Below are positions 1 through 7,603 of a DNA stretch of 32,000 nucleotides, piece by piece. The stretch comes from Hymenobacter fodinae. Lineage in GTDB: Bacteria > Bacteroidota > Bacteroidia > Cytophagales > Hymenobacteraceae. A model generated the notes under the pieces. The model had not been told where the DNA came from, ran no database searches, and saw only the letters and a list, made by a program, of their open reading frames with translations. The number at the start of each line of letters is the position of its first letter. Position 1 is the stretch's first letter. Position numbers and translations under genes: made by a program. The stretch covers positions 97,106 to 129,105 of the forward strand of contig NZ_SRLA01000005.1 of the NCBI RefSeq assembly GCF_004745825.1, given 5' to 3'.

Positions 1-178
1 CTTGAGGCGCCAAGAAGCGCATGTAGCCACGGATGTAGCCCCACAGGGCGCCCGCCATAGTAAGCGGAGTGAGGATCAGCCCGACGATGAACAAAATCAC
101 CTTCGGGAGTAAACTTGGATTAGGTTGATTGGTGAGCAGCGTTCGCACGTCTTGCTCGGTAATGTTGAGGGGCTTCAT
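1..178 (-). CDS. partial small membrane protein (first 59 codons; runs off the window)
   Basis: ATG at 178 on the minus strand reads MKPLNITEQDVRTLLTNQPNPSLLPKVILFIVGLILTPLTMAGALWGYIRGYMRFLAPQ, with one hydrophobic span. No clear SD. Absent from the ORF track because it is truncated. Confidence 0.3.
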   Translation of the reverse strand, partial: MKPLNITEQDVRTLLTNQPNPSLLPKVILFIVGLILTPLTMAGALWGYIRGYMRFLAPQ

Positions 179-281
179 GCTGCAATGGGTTTAAGGTGAA
201 CAGTAAATTGAAGCCCGTCTCAATTACAATTATTTCTTGAGATCACCAAATTCACACGCATGGGGCATCCCCGCCTCAAGT

Positions 282-317
282 GGCGTCGGGAGAGCCTGCC
301 GGTGCGCCCGCGACGCC
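282..317 (+). promoter_or_regulatory. candidate oriT-like element upstream of the mob genes
   Basis: A 7-bp inverted repeat, GGCGTCG (282-288) / CGACGCC (311-317), encloses GTGCGCCC (302-309). That octamer matches, from memory, the nic-region core of RSF1010/R1162-type oriT. It lies about 130 bp upstream of the RHH+relaxase pair and in the same orientation. Confidence 0.3.
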
Positions 318-440
318 CTGTCGAGTTCGCCCAGACGCTAAGCCACGCGGCGCGTTTCCGCAGGTGGCAAAGTGTGTTTTCATGACCATAGAAACGTTTT
401 TATGTCTATGATTATCAGGTGACATACTATAACTTGTGGT

Positions 441-755
441 ATGGCCCGCCCTCCGAAAAAGATTTCCGAAAAATTTTCGCACATCGAGCGCACGCCGATG
501 ACGGAAGCTGCGTGTCGCAAGCTGCAGCGGCAGGCAGACCGGCTTACGGGCGGCAACCGCTCGGCGCTGGTTCGCAGCCGGATTGATGACCCCTACGGCG
601 CGGAGCTGGTGTGTCTGATAAACGAGTTGGCGCTGGCTCGGCAATCGCTGGATAAAGCAGACATCGGCAGCCTGCTGAAAACCGAGGTAGCGCTCGACCT
701 GCAGAAGCTGGCGAAGTATGGAATGGAACTGCTAAGCCATGCTGCTAAAAGGTAA
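441..755 (+). CDS. relaxosome accessory protein, RHH/MobC-like (putative)
   Basis: 104 aa. The N-terminal basic segment followed by a helix (KFSHIERTPMTEAACRKLQRQADRLTGGNRSALVRSRI) resembles a ribbon-helix-helix. It overlaps the start of the downstream relaxase gene by 17 nt. Confidence 0.45.
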   Translation: MARPPKKISEKFSHIERTPMTEAACRKLQRQADRLTGGNRSALVRSRIDDPYGAELVCLINELALARQSLDKADIGSLLKTEVALDLQKLAKYGMELLSHAAKR

Positions 756-1485
756 CACCCGTGGGGCAGGGAGTTGGGCCGAGTACCTGTTCAAGAACAC
801 GAACGACCGCGCCCAGGTGCTGGACATTCGCGGCACCAGTTTTCCTGACAGCCTCGCGCAGTCCATCTTGGAAATGTCCTTAACCGGCGCGCAGGCGGGC
901 AGCACCAAACCCTTTATGTCGGTGTCGATCAATCCGTCGCCGGGAGAGGACCGGACCATGACCTATGAGCAGTGGCTACGCAGCGCCGACATTGCTGAAA
1001 AGTGGTTGGGGCTGGAAGGCCAGCGGCGCTTTGTCGTGCTGCACGAGAAGAAGGGCAAGGACGGCGAGCCGCGTACCCACATTCACGTCGGCTGGGAGCG
1101 CTACAGCCGTGAGGATGGCAAGCTGATCTCGGATAGCCATATGCGGCACAGGCTGGTGCAGGCCAAAATCCAGATGGAGCTGGAGTTCGGCCACAAGCGC
1201 ACGAAGGACTATGACCGGCAGCACTATGCCATAGCCAAACGCATCGAGGCCGAGTTAGAGGCTCAAGGCCGCATGGCCAAGCGGGAGGTGGCTGACCGGT
1301 TTGCCGAGAACAGCCCGGACATCAGCAAGCGGGAAACGACCCGGCAGGAGCGGGTTGACCGGGTAGCCAGGCTATTTTCTGACAACGTGCCTGATCCAGC
1401 TGACAAGGAAAGCAACCTGCGCCGGATACTGGAAGATCAGGAGAAGCGGGACCGGGAGCGCGATCAGGGCCAGGAACCTGATTAG
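739..1485 (+). CDS. minimal MobA/VirD2-family relaxase (mobilisation nuclease domain)
   Basis: 248 aa. The N-terminus LLKGNTRGAGSWAEYLF has the G-rich loop plus Tyr typical of Pfam Relaxase (PF03432)-type proteins. A histidine cluster EPRTHIHVGWERY is present, followed by a charged C-terminal tail. Confidence 0.6.
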   Translation: MLLKGNTRGAGSWAEYLFKNTNDRAQVLDIRGTSFPDSLAQSILEMSLTGAQAGSTKPFMSVSINPSPGEDRTMTYEQWLRSADIAEKWLGLEGQRRFVVLHEKKGKDGEPRTHIHVGWERYSREDGKLISDSHMRHRLVQAKIQMELEFGHKRTKDYDRQHYAIAKRIEAELEAQGRMAKREVADRFAENSPDISKRETTRQERVDRVARLFSDNVPDPADKESNLRRILEDQEKRDRERDQGQEPD

Positions 1486-1850
1486 CGGTAATCGTGGGTA
1501 TGCCGGTTCGACTTGCCCCGGTTGCAGTCGTTGCAGAGCAGTTGGAGGTTATCGGTATCGAGGGCCAGATGCGGGTAACGGCTGACGGGGTAGATGTGAT
1601 CGACCACCAGCCTCACCGCATCCCCGGCCTCGTTACGGTCGCCGCGTTGGCGCCGGCACAGCCAGCACCGCAGCCGATTCTTACAGGAGCGCAGGAAGTC
1701 ATAGCGCACCTCGTGCCATTCCCACGAGCGGTAAAACTCGGCGGTGACGCGGCCCGAGGGTTCGCGGTACTGATCCACCAACGCGGTGACGTGGCGCAGC
1801 TCATATCGCCGGAAATAGGCTTTCCACCACAGGCGCAGGCGGCGGATCAC
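1482..1850 (-). CDS. HNH endonuclease
   Basis: 122 aa with CWLC...VVDHIYPVS...NLQLLCNDCNRGKSN, a classic HNH/zinc-finger signature. It overlaps the Rz stop by 4 nt and is the last gene of the minus-strand late operon. Confidence 0.8.
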   Translation of the reverse strand: MIRRLRLWWKAYFRRYELRHVTALVDQYREPSGRVTAEFYRSWEWHEVRYDFLRSCKNRLRCWLCRRQRGDRNEAGDAVRLVVDHIYPVSRYPHLALDTDNLQLLCNDCNRGKSNRHTHDYR

Positions 1851-2299
1851 TGGCCGAGAGCCTTATAGATGTCGCGGATAGACTGCTGCAGCCCAATTAC
1901 TTTGAGGCGGTCGGTTTCGCATTGCCCAGCGAAGCGGGTGAGGGTTGCAGAATTGACTGCATTTCCTTGACGCGGCTGTTTTGGCTGGTGGGCTGCATCA
2001 GGCTGGCCGAGGCTCGCGGGATGATCGGTGATGAGCAGGCAGGATTGTTCGCGCATTGCGTCAGCAAGATCGCGGTCACGGGCAGCAAGGCCAGCTTGGT
2101 AAGCATTGTCAGTCCTTTCGGTTGTCAGTTGGGCTGCGAGGGATTGGCCGGTAAGCTGGGCGGTAAGGGCTTTCTTTTCGGTTTCGCACCGGGTAGCCGC
2201 TCGCTCCGAGCCGATATTGCAGCCAAATAAAAACGCGGCCACTGCGGCGGCGAAAACAGCGGATAACCAGAATTTCCATGACAGCCCCTTAAGAAACAT
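1847..2299 (-). CDS. Rz-like i-spanin
   Basis: 150 aa with an N-terminal hydrophobic anchor (FWLSAVFAAAVAAFLFGC) and a coiled-coil-like periplasmic region (ETEKKALTAQLTGQSLAAQLTTER...). It sits at the end of the lysis cassette and contains an embedded out-of-frame ORF. Confidence 0.6.
   Translation of the reverse strand: MFLKGLSWKFWLSAVFAAAVAAFLFGCNIGSERAATRCETEKKALTAQLTGQSLAAQLTTERTDNAYQAGLAARDRDLADAMREQSCLLITDHPASLGQPDAAHQPKQPRQGNAVNSATLTRFAGQCETDRLKVIGLQQSIRDIYKALGQ
1897..2106 (-). CDS. Rz1-like o-spanin embedded in Rz (putative)
   Basis: 69-aa ORF wholly inside the Rz gene in another frame. It has a signal-like N-terminus MLTKLALLPVTAILLTQC, then a Pro/Ser-rich mature part (CANNPACSSPIIPRAS...). 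The lipobox is non-canonical (Q at -1), which lowers confidence. Confidence 0.4.
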   Translation of the reverse strand: MLTKLALLPVTAILLTQCANNPACSSPIIPRASASLMQPTSQNSRVKEMQSILQPSPASLGNAKPTASK

Positions 2300-2609
2300 T
2301 CACGTTCTCCGCAGCGACGTTGACAGTATCGACCTTGGCAGCGGGCGCAACCGTGCGCGTCGTGGTCACGGTTTCTTCGACTGGTTCACGCGGGCGGGCA
2401 AAGGTTGAATTGATGAAACCGCCGCCCAGCACCAAGAGGCCGTGCGTTGCGCCAATGGCTGTCAGGATGGCTTTCAGGGTTTCGACGGTGTTGGTAGTCG
2501 CGCCCGTTATCAGAATGCGGCATACGACGACCGTTGCCATGATGAGCAAAGCCTTGGAGCCAGTGCGGACGGTGGGGAAGTCGTATTCGCCGCTTACACC
2601 GTTTGCCAC
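2289..2609 (-). CDS. holin-like membrane protein (two predicted TM segments)
   Basis: 106 aa with two hydrophobic spans (ALLIMATVVVCRILITGA and AILTAIGATHGLLVLGGGFI). It overlaps the endolysin stop and the Rz start. Confidence 0.5.
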   Translation of the reverse strand: MANGVSGEYDFPTVRTGSKALLIMATVVVCRILITGATTNTVETLKAILTAIGATHGLLVLGGGFINSTFARPREPVEETVTTTRTVAPAAKVDTVNVAAENVNVS

Positions 2610-3055
2610 AAGTCAATCTCCGCGTTTCGTCGGTTTGTCAGGCCAGGTATGACCACCAGTTTACCACCGACGCGGCCTTTGTTCCAGCGCAATAATTGGC
2701 GCGGCACCTGATTGTAATGGCCCTGATTGAGCATCCGCAGCAAGGTGCTGGACTTGAAAGAACCCACGCCAACGTTGAAGGCGAAGATCACCAGCGCGGC
2801 AAACTGGTTATCGGTCAGCCGCACCTTGACGCCGGTTTCCACGGTATGAATGGCGTCGGCCAGGTCCTGCTGCAACCACGCCTCGGCCTGCTCGATCGTG
2901 CAGGTCAATCCGGCGCAGACGCCCTTGGTATGGCCCCAGCCGATGGTCCACACGCCAACGCTGTCGAGGTAGGCTTTCAGAACGGGTTTACCGCCGCTAA
3001 TACCTTCCCATTGCTTCAGGACCGACAGCCCAAGGGAGTTGACGCGCCGGGTCAG
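2594..3055 (-). CDS. GH24 phage lysozyme (endolysin); start codon unresolved
   Basis: The translation contains LKQWEG...LKAYLDSVGVWTIGWGHTKG...FAFNVGVGSFKSSTLLRMLN, which aligns with P22 gp19 / T4 lysozyme-type GH24 motifs. The frame is open from 3058. The first canonical start (GTG at 2953) would delete the catalytic-Glu motif. CTG at 3055 overlaps the upstream stop as CTGA. Confidence 0.75.
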   Translation of the reverse strand: MTRRVNSLGLSVLKQWEGISGGKPVLKAYLDSVGVWTIGWGHTKGVCAGLTCTIEQAEAWLQQDLADAIHTVETGVKVRLTDNQFAALVIFAFNVGVGSFKSSTLLRMLNQGHYNQVPRQLLRWNKGRVGGKLVVIPGLTNRRNAEIDLWQTV

Positions 3056-3411
3056 TTGCTACCGCCAGTCTGATACACAGCGGGGCGGGCACGCTCGGAC
3101 AGTAACAGATCCTCAATCTTGTCGAGCTTCTTGAAAATCGCGCCCTGGTTGCTTTGCGAAACAGCCATGTCCATCCGCAGCTTGTTGATGTTCTCGTTGA
3201 CGTCAGAGAATTTCTGATCGACGTAGGCGGAGCGCGCGACCTGCCGATCGCTGATTTCCTCAATGCGCTCGGCGCTTTCTTCGATGCTGTGCTGCATCCC
3301 CGCGTAAACGATGGCGCAGGTCATTAAGACGGCAACAATGCCGATGACCTCTTTCCAGCCGAAAACAAGAGCATTTTTAAACTTGATTTTCATGCTCTGA
3401 TTATCGGTCAT
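3052..3411 (-). CDS. single-pass membrane, coiled-coil protein at the head of the lysis cassette (holin/antiholin or other; unknown)
   Basis: 119 aa with one TM segment (VIGIVAVLMTCAIVYAG) and then a heptad-like charged region. It lies immediately upstream of the endolysin. Confidence 0.5.
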   Translation of the reverse strand: MTDNQSMKIKFKNALVFGWKEVIGIVAVLMTCAIVYAGMQHSIEESAERIEEISDRQVARSAYVDQKFSDVNENINKLRMDMAVSQSNQGAIFKKLDKIEDLLLSERARPAVYQTGGSN

Positions 3412-3477
3412 CGGCTGTAATCTATCCTTGGGGTATTGCGGGCTGCTCTATAAGTTTTGAGTAAGTAGCGGCGTTTG

Positions 3478-3636
3478 TCAAGACTGTGGCTGGGCTTCAG
3501 CAGGCGGCGCCACGAACTCTTTTCCCTGCTGGACCATGCCGCACACGACATCATCGGGAGCCTTGATGAACCCCTTTTGCTTGTTCGGCTGCTTTTGTAC
3601 GATCACGCCGTCCTTGTCCAGTAAAACATACGCCAT
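3478..3636 (-). CDS. small protein coupled to the tail fibre gene (possible fibre assembly or accessory protein)
   Basis: 52-aa ORF, below the ORF-track cutoff: MAYVLLDKDGVIVQKQPNKQKGFIKAPDDVVCGMVQQGKEFVAPPAEAQPQS. Its ATG overlaps the tail fibre stop as TAATG (3638-3634). Confidence 0.4.
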   Translation of the reverse strand: MAYVLLDKDGVIVQKQPNKQKGFIKAPDDVVCGMVQQGKEFVAPPAEAQPQS

Positions 3637-4760
3637 TATGCGACCTTTCTGATTTCAACATCGGTGTATACTTCGGTCCCGAAAGCTCCCGCAATGCCGT
3701 ATCCAATATTGATCTGACCGCCTGAGCAGCGGTGTCTGATTTCAAACACCTTCTGTGCGTTGATCGTGAAACGGCCATTTACGTTGCTGTTAGAGGTGGC
3801 ATAGCCCGAAGCTGCCCCGGAATAAGCGGCCTGACCTACCAGCACATCGGCCCCATCGGTTACGTTATACAGCTTGGCCCGGTGAGCATCGACACGGAAG
3901 GCGGGAACCAACCCTCTAACATCATAGGTGCCGGCTGGCAATGTAATCTGGTTACCGGCCAACGATGCGCCCGAAATTGAGTTCGTGATGATGGTATTGA
4001 GTGTGCGCGTCTGATCACTGCCCGATGAGAATGTGCCGCCGTTGGTGCCGGAAGTCTTTTGATCCTGCATGTGCAGCAACGGGGCAGAGTTGGCCTGGCC
4101 CGGCTGAACCGCCGTCGCCGCCAGCGCCAAATTAGCCGCGGTGTACGACGAGCTGGTAATCTCAAACTGTCCCGTGCTTTCCTTGTAGACCGCCCGGACG
4201 ATGGACCCCACCGCTACGGCGCCAGGCGGCACCTGCACGCCGTTCATGCGGGCGCTCTTGGCCCCGAGGCCGTTCACGTTGATCGACATATTGCCCGTGG
4301 TGGTATAGGGCGCGAAATAGTAGATGGTCATGCCATCCGAGTAGCCCAGCGGAGCAGTCGGCAGCGTGACGGTATGCACGTTGACCGTGCCGGCACCCAC
4401 GCCGAAGCCCTCCATGAAATTCAGCTTCTCGTCGCGCGTGACCAGGGCGCTGGCCGGAATGGACCCGATGACGTTTTTCACCCCGCTTCCGAAGTTGACC
4501 GCTGCGTTGCCGTTGCTCGACGCCAGCACCGCGTCACGGCTCAACGTGTTGGAGCCAGCGACTGCAACTGTCCCAATGCCGACTTCCCAATTCTGGACCA
4601 GGCCGGAGGCGTCCCCGTCGTTGATCTGGTACAACACCTTGCCGCCGTTGCCAGCTAAGGCAAAGGACTGAAAGCCCGCCTGCGCGCCCTGCAGGATGAT
4701 CGGCCCGGGGCCGGTGGATTGTGTCGTCTCGAAGGCCCGATCGAGGATTTTCAGGGTCAT
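3636..4760 (-). CDS. tail fibre / receptor-binding protein (putative)
   Basis: 374 aa, rich in Gly/Ser/Thr/Asn/Ala with beta-rich composition. It is the last large gene of the tail module, before the lysis genes. Confidence 0.6.
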   Translation of the reverse strand: MTLKILDRAFETTQSTGPGPIILQGAQAGFQSFALAGNGGKVLYQINDGDASGLVQNWEVGIGTVAVAGSNTLSRDAVLASSNGNAAVNFGSGVKNVIGSIPASALVTRDEKLNFMEGFGVGAGTVNVHTVTLPTAPLGYSDGMTIYYFAPYTTTGNMSINVNGLGAKSARMNGVQVPPGAVAVGSIVRAVYKESTGQFEITSSSYTAANLALAATAVQPGQANSAPLLHMQDQKTSGTNGGTFSSGSDQTRTLNTIITNSISGASLAGNQITLPAGTYDVRGLVPAFRVDAHRAKLYNVTDGADVLVGQAAYSGAASGYATSNSNVNGRFTINAQKVFEIRHRCSGGQINIGYGIAGAFGTEVYTDVEIRKVA

Positions 4761-5164
4761 GGTTTGATCTCCTTGCGGGTACGCATCACGGCGAGAATTT
4801 TATTGATGGTTTGTGCTTGACTGGTCATGCCGCCCGTCAGCGCCTGCATGTTGAGGACGCCACCCAAGCTGAGTGAAAGGGCTTCATTGACATTGGTAAT
4901 AGCGTCAGCCGGCGCAATTTCCAGTGCCGTGACGCGGCCGGTCAAGGTGTTCAATTGGTTGAAAAAGGTGTTTTGAGCACTCACAATCGCCGTCAATTGC
5001 GTGTTGATTGCGGCAACGGTCGCCGCCGTCGCCACAGTACCGAGCGCATCAATGACCTCATCGACCTTGTTGACGATCATCATGATCCGGTTGGAGGCGT
5101 TGCCGTTTTGTGCCGCGCGGGCGGCAGGGGTCACGAAGACTTTCTTGTCCAGCTTATCAATCAC
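4757..5164 (-). CDS. tail fibre-associated protein (hypothetical)
   Basis: 135 aa with an Ala/Thr/Asn-rich predicted helical repeat (TVATAATVAAINTQLTAIVSAQNTFFNQLNTLTGRVTALE). It overlaps its neighbours by 4 nt on both sides. Confidence 0.45.
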   Translation of the reverse strand: MIDKLDKKVFVTPAARAAQNGNASNRIMMIVNKVDEVIDALGTVATAATVAAINTQLTAIVSAQNTFFNQLNTLTGRVTALEIAPADAITNVNEALSLSLGGVLNMQALTGGMTSQAQTINKILAVMRTRKEIKP

Positions 5165-5928
5165 GGCAGCAACTCCCTGACCCGAAACTGGCGGGTAAAG
5201 CGGTTGAAGCTGGTGTTCACGTTCGGCTGCATGGCCTCGATCTTGCCATAGATCGCGCTGAATTGTAAGTGGGTATCATCGGGCTTGGGCACCAGCAGCA
5301 CGTCACCCGTCGCCCCGACGAGCTGATCCAGCGGGTACAGCTCGGCAAATACCTCGTCCTCGCTCAGATCTTCCAGCATCAGGTCAGCAAAGCGGCGCTT
5401 TTTGCGCTTCAGGCTGATGCTGTCGCCGCTGCTCGTTTCAAATTCCTGGCTGCCATCGGTGAAGCCATGCTGGAAGCCGTACACCATATTAAAGCTGGGC
5501 TGAAAGGCCTTGGCGATATAGAGCCGTCCCAGGTCGAGGTAGGCCGCGCCCGGATTGCTGATCTCGATGCGCCAGTACCGATAGCTGACCGGCTGGAAAA
5601 ACAGGAAGAACAGGCTTTTGTCGAAGTGTTTTGTGCCCGTAATGAACGGCACGGCACCGCTGTCGTAGTCCGCGCCGCCCGGCGTGTTCGAGGCCGTAAC
5701 GCGCGCCGTCGATCCGCTCAGGCCGCTGTGGCCCATGATTGCCACCACGTTGACCAGCTGCGCCGCGCCCAGGTCAATATTCAGCTCGGCTGCATCGCCC
5801 AGGACCCGGTACACTTCCTGAAGCGACTGACGCTTCAGGTTGCCCAGCACCAGATCCCCGGCGCCAGTCGGCCCCGTAATTGTCGCCTGATCGGACAGCG
5901 CGCCCGTAGCCAGCAGCATCCGTTCCAT
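5161..5928 (-). CDS. tail tip / baseplate protein (hypothetical)
   Basis: 255 aa. The call rests on position between the large tail-tip protein and the fibre genes. I recognise no diagnostic motif. Confidence 0.45.
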   Translation of the reverse strand: MERMLLATGALSDQATITGPTGAGDLVLGNLKRQSLQEVYRVLGDAAELNIDLGAAQLVNVVAIMGHSGLSGSTARVTASNTPGGADYDSGAVPFITGTKHFDKSLFFLFFQPVSYRYWRIEISNPGAAYLDLGRLYIAKAFQPSFNMVYGFQHGFTDGSQEFETSSGDSISLKRKKRRFADLMLEDLSEDEVFAELYPLDQLVGATGDVLLVPKPDDTHLQFSAIYGKIEAMQPNVNTSFNRFTRQFRVRELLP

Positions 5929-5929
5929 G

Positions 5930-7603
5930 TTACCCCCACAAAGTCAGCACGGTTTGCCCCGTGGCCGCGTTATCCGACACGCCGACAACGAGGAAATCCT
6001 TGCCCTCGTCCAAGCCATAGCGGTCGTACCGCAAGCGTACCACGTCGCCGAGGAAATAGCGATACAGGGTTTTATACACCGGCACTTGAAAGACCATGCG
6101 CTTGGTACTGTAGATGTCCACGAGCCGGTGCAACAGCGCCTCTGCATCGGCCTTGGTCGCCAGATTGGTTTCAAACACCCGCTCGGAGGCCAGGTTGTTT
6201 TTCTGCCGTACCGTTTCGTTGGCATAGGTCACGTAGCGGTATGGCTCGGTGACGAACGCCTGCACGTTTCCGTCCACGCCGCCCGCCAGATCGTTTTCGC
6301 TCTGCACGACCACGGCGGGCGCGTAACCGACCTTGATGCGCCAGGCGGGCGGGATGGTTTGCTGCAGGCGCAGACCAGCCGCGTCGATGTGGCGCACGGC
6401 GCCGGTTGCCTCGGCCGGTGGGGTTACGGCACCCGCGAACAACAGGCCTTGCCGGGTGAAGCTCCAATACGCGCCAGCCGGGTTCAGCAGGGCATCCAAC
6501 ACGTCCGAGCCGGTAATGTCAGCATCAATATACAGCCCCGCGCTGCCGGTCAGCACTTCCGCCAGACGGCCAAAGGAACCCTCGTCAATATCACCGCTGG
6601 ATAGGGAATACACCCCGAGGCGGGTTTTCAGCACCCGCAGGGCAATATCGGTGCAGGACGTGGCGAAGCCGTTCAGGTTGTCGCCCTGCACGTCGGCCGT
6701 CACCTGACCGGCAGGAGTGGAGCCAAGCCGGATCAGACCGGCCGATAGCTGGGTGGCGTATTCGCTGGAGCCGGGGCTGGCCGTGGTGATGTCGGCGAAG
6801 TCGCCCGCGTAATCCAGCACAATGCCCCGATCGCGTACCTGATCCACGGCGGCAATGGAGCCGTCATGCACCTGGTAGACCTGCATGGCGTAATTGACCA
6901 GAACCGGGGCCACATTCTTCACCACCCCGTAGCAGAGCGGTTTTTGCATGCCGGCCAGTGTGGCGTCGCCGTCCAGATTGCCAGTGCCGCCATACACCCC
7001 GGCGCTCACCGGCTTGTCGGTTTTGGCGCGGTTGTCGCGCAGCGTCAAGATGATGCGGCTGTCGTCGCCCTCGATGTTCTCAATGGCGCCTTCAAAGATG
7101 GTGGCGAAGTCATCATAGCCAAAGCCGGGCGCGCCCGCCTTGACCACGACCCGCCGCCCCGACCAGAAATAGGCATAGAAGCGGTCCAGCTCGCCATCGG
7201 CATTGATGATGTCGATGCCGCCGAAAGACTGGCTGCCGCCGCTGAAACCGTCGCCGGAGAGGATGTTGCTGTCGAACTGCAGTGGATTGATCACCCGGCC
7301 GCGCCAAGTGCGGTTCGGGTCGCTGGCATCCGGCGCGCTGATGAAGCCCTGATCGGAGAGGCGTTCTTTCACCTCACCGCCCGCATACCGGACCAGCGTA
7401 TCGCCCAGCGCCGTCACGCCGGGAAATACGCCGATCGACTGCAGCACGCCGCGCACGGTTTCGGTGAAGGGGTACAGCTCGACCAGGTACTGCAGCTGCA
7501 CATCGGCCATTGCCGCCAACGCCGCAAACGGGTCGTGCGTGCCGATATAGAGCCGCTTGTCGAAGTCACCAAGGGCGTAGACGCCGGGAAACAGCCACGT
7601 CAT
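5930..7603 (-). CDS. tail tip / distal tail protein (putative)
   Basis: 557 aa, immediately downstream of the tape measure gene with a 4-nt overlap. The call is from synteny only. Confidence 0.5.
   Translation of the reverse strand: MTWLFPGVYALGDFDKRLYIGTHDPFAALAAMADVQLQYLVELYPFTETVRGVLQSIGVFPGVTALGDTLVRYAGGEVKERLSDQGFISAPDASDPNRTWRGRVINPLQFDSNILSGDGFSGGSQSFGGIDIINADGELDRFYAYFWSGRRVVVKAGAPGFGYDDFATIFEGAIENIEGDDSRIILTLRDNRAKTDKPVSAGVYGGTGNLDGDATLAGMQKPLCYGVVKNVAPVLVNYAMQVYQVHDGSIAAVDQVRDRGIVLDYAGDFADITTASPGSSEYATQLSAGLIRLGSTPAGQVTADVQGDNLNGFATSCTDIALRVLKTRLGVYSLSSGDIDEGSFGRLAEVLTGSAGLYIDADITGSDVLDALLNPAGAYWSFTRQGLLFAGAVTPPAEATGAVRHIDAAGLRLQQTIPPAWRIKVGYAPAVVVQSENDLAGGVDGNVQAFVTEPYRYVTYANETVRQKNNLASERVFETNLATKADAEALLHRLVDIYSTKRMVFQVPVYKTLYRYFLGDVVRLRYDRYGLDEGKDFLVVGVSDNAATGQTVLTLWG

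Noticed and set aside
276-644. 122-aa minus-strand ORF across the mob upstream region
   Set aside because: It overlaps the RHH gene antisense and has an Arg/Ala-rich composition with no motif. The region is better explained as an oriT/promoter region plus the plus-strand gene.
2594-2953. ORF-track version of the endolysin starting at GTG 2953 (119 aa)
   Set aside because: It would remove the conserved N-terminal 34 residues, including the WEG catalytic-Glu motif that is clearly encoded in frame upstream. It is kept as a fallback only.
3551-3778. 75-aa minus-strand ORF overlapping the tail fibre 3' end
   Set aside because: It is out of frame with the fibre gene and has an implausible composition. 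The 52-aa TAATG-coupled ORF (3478-3636) explains the region better.
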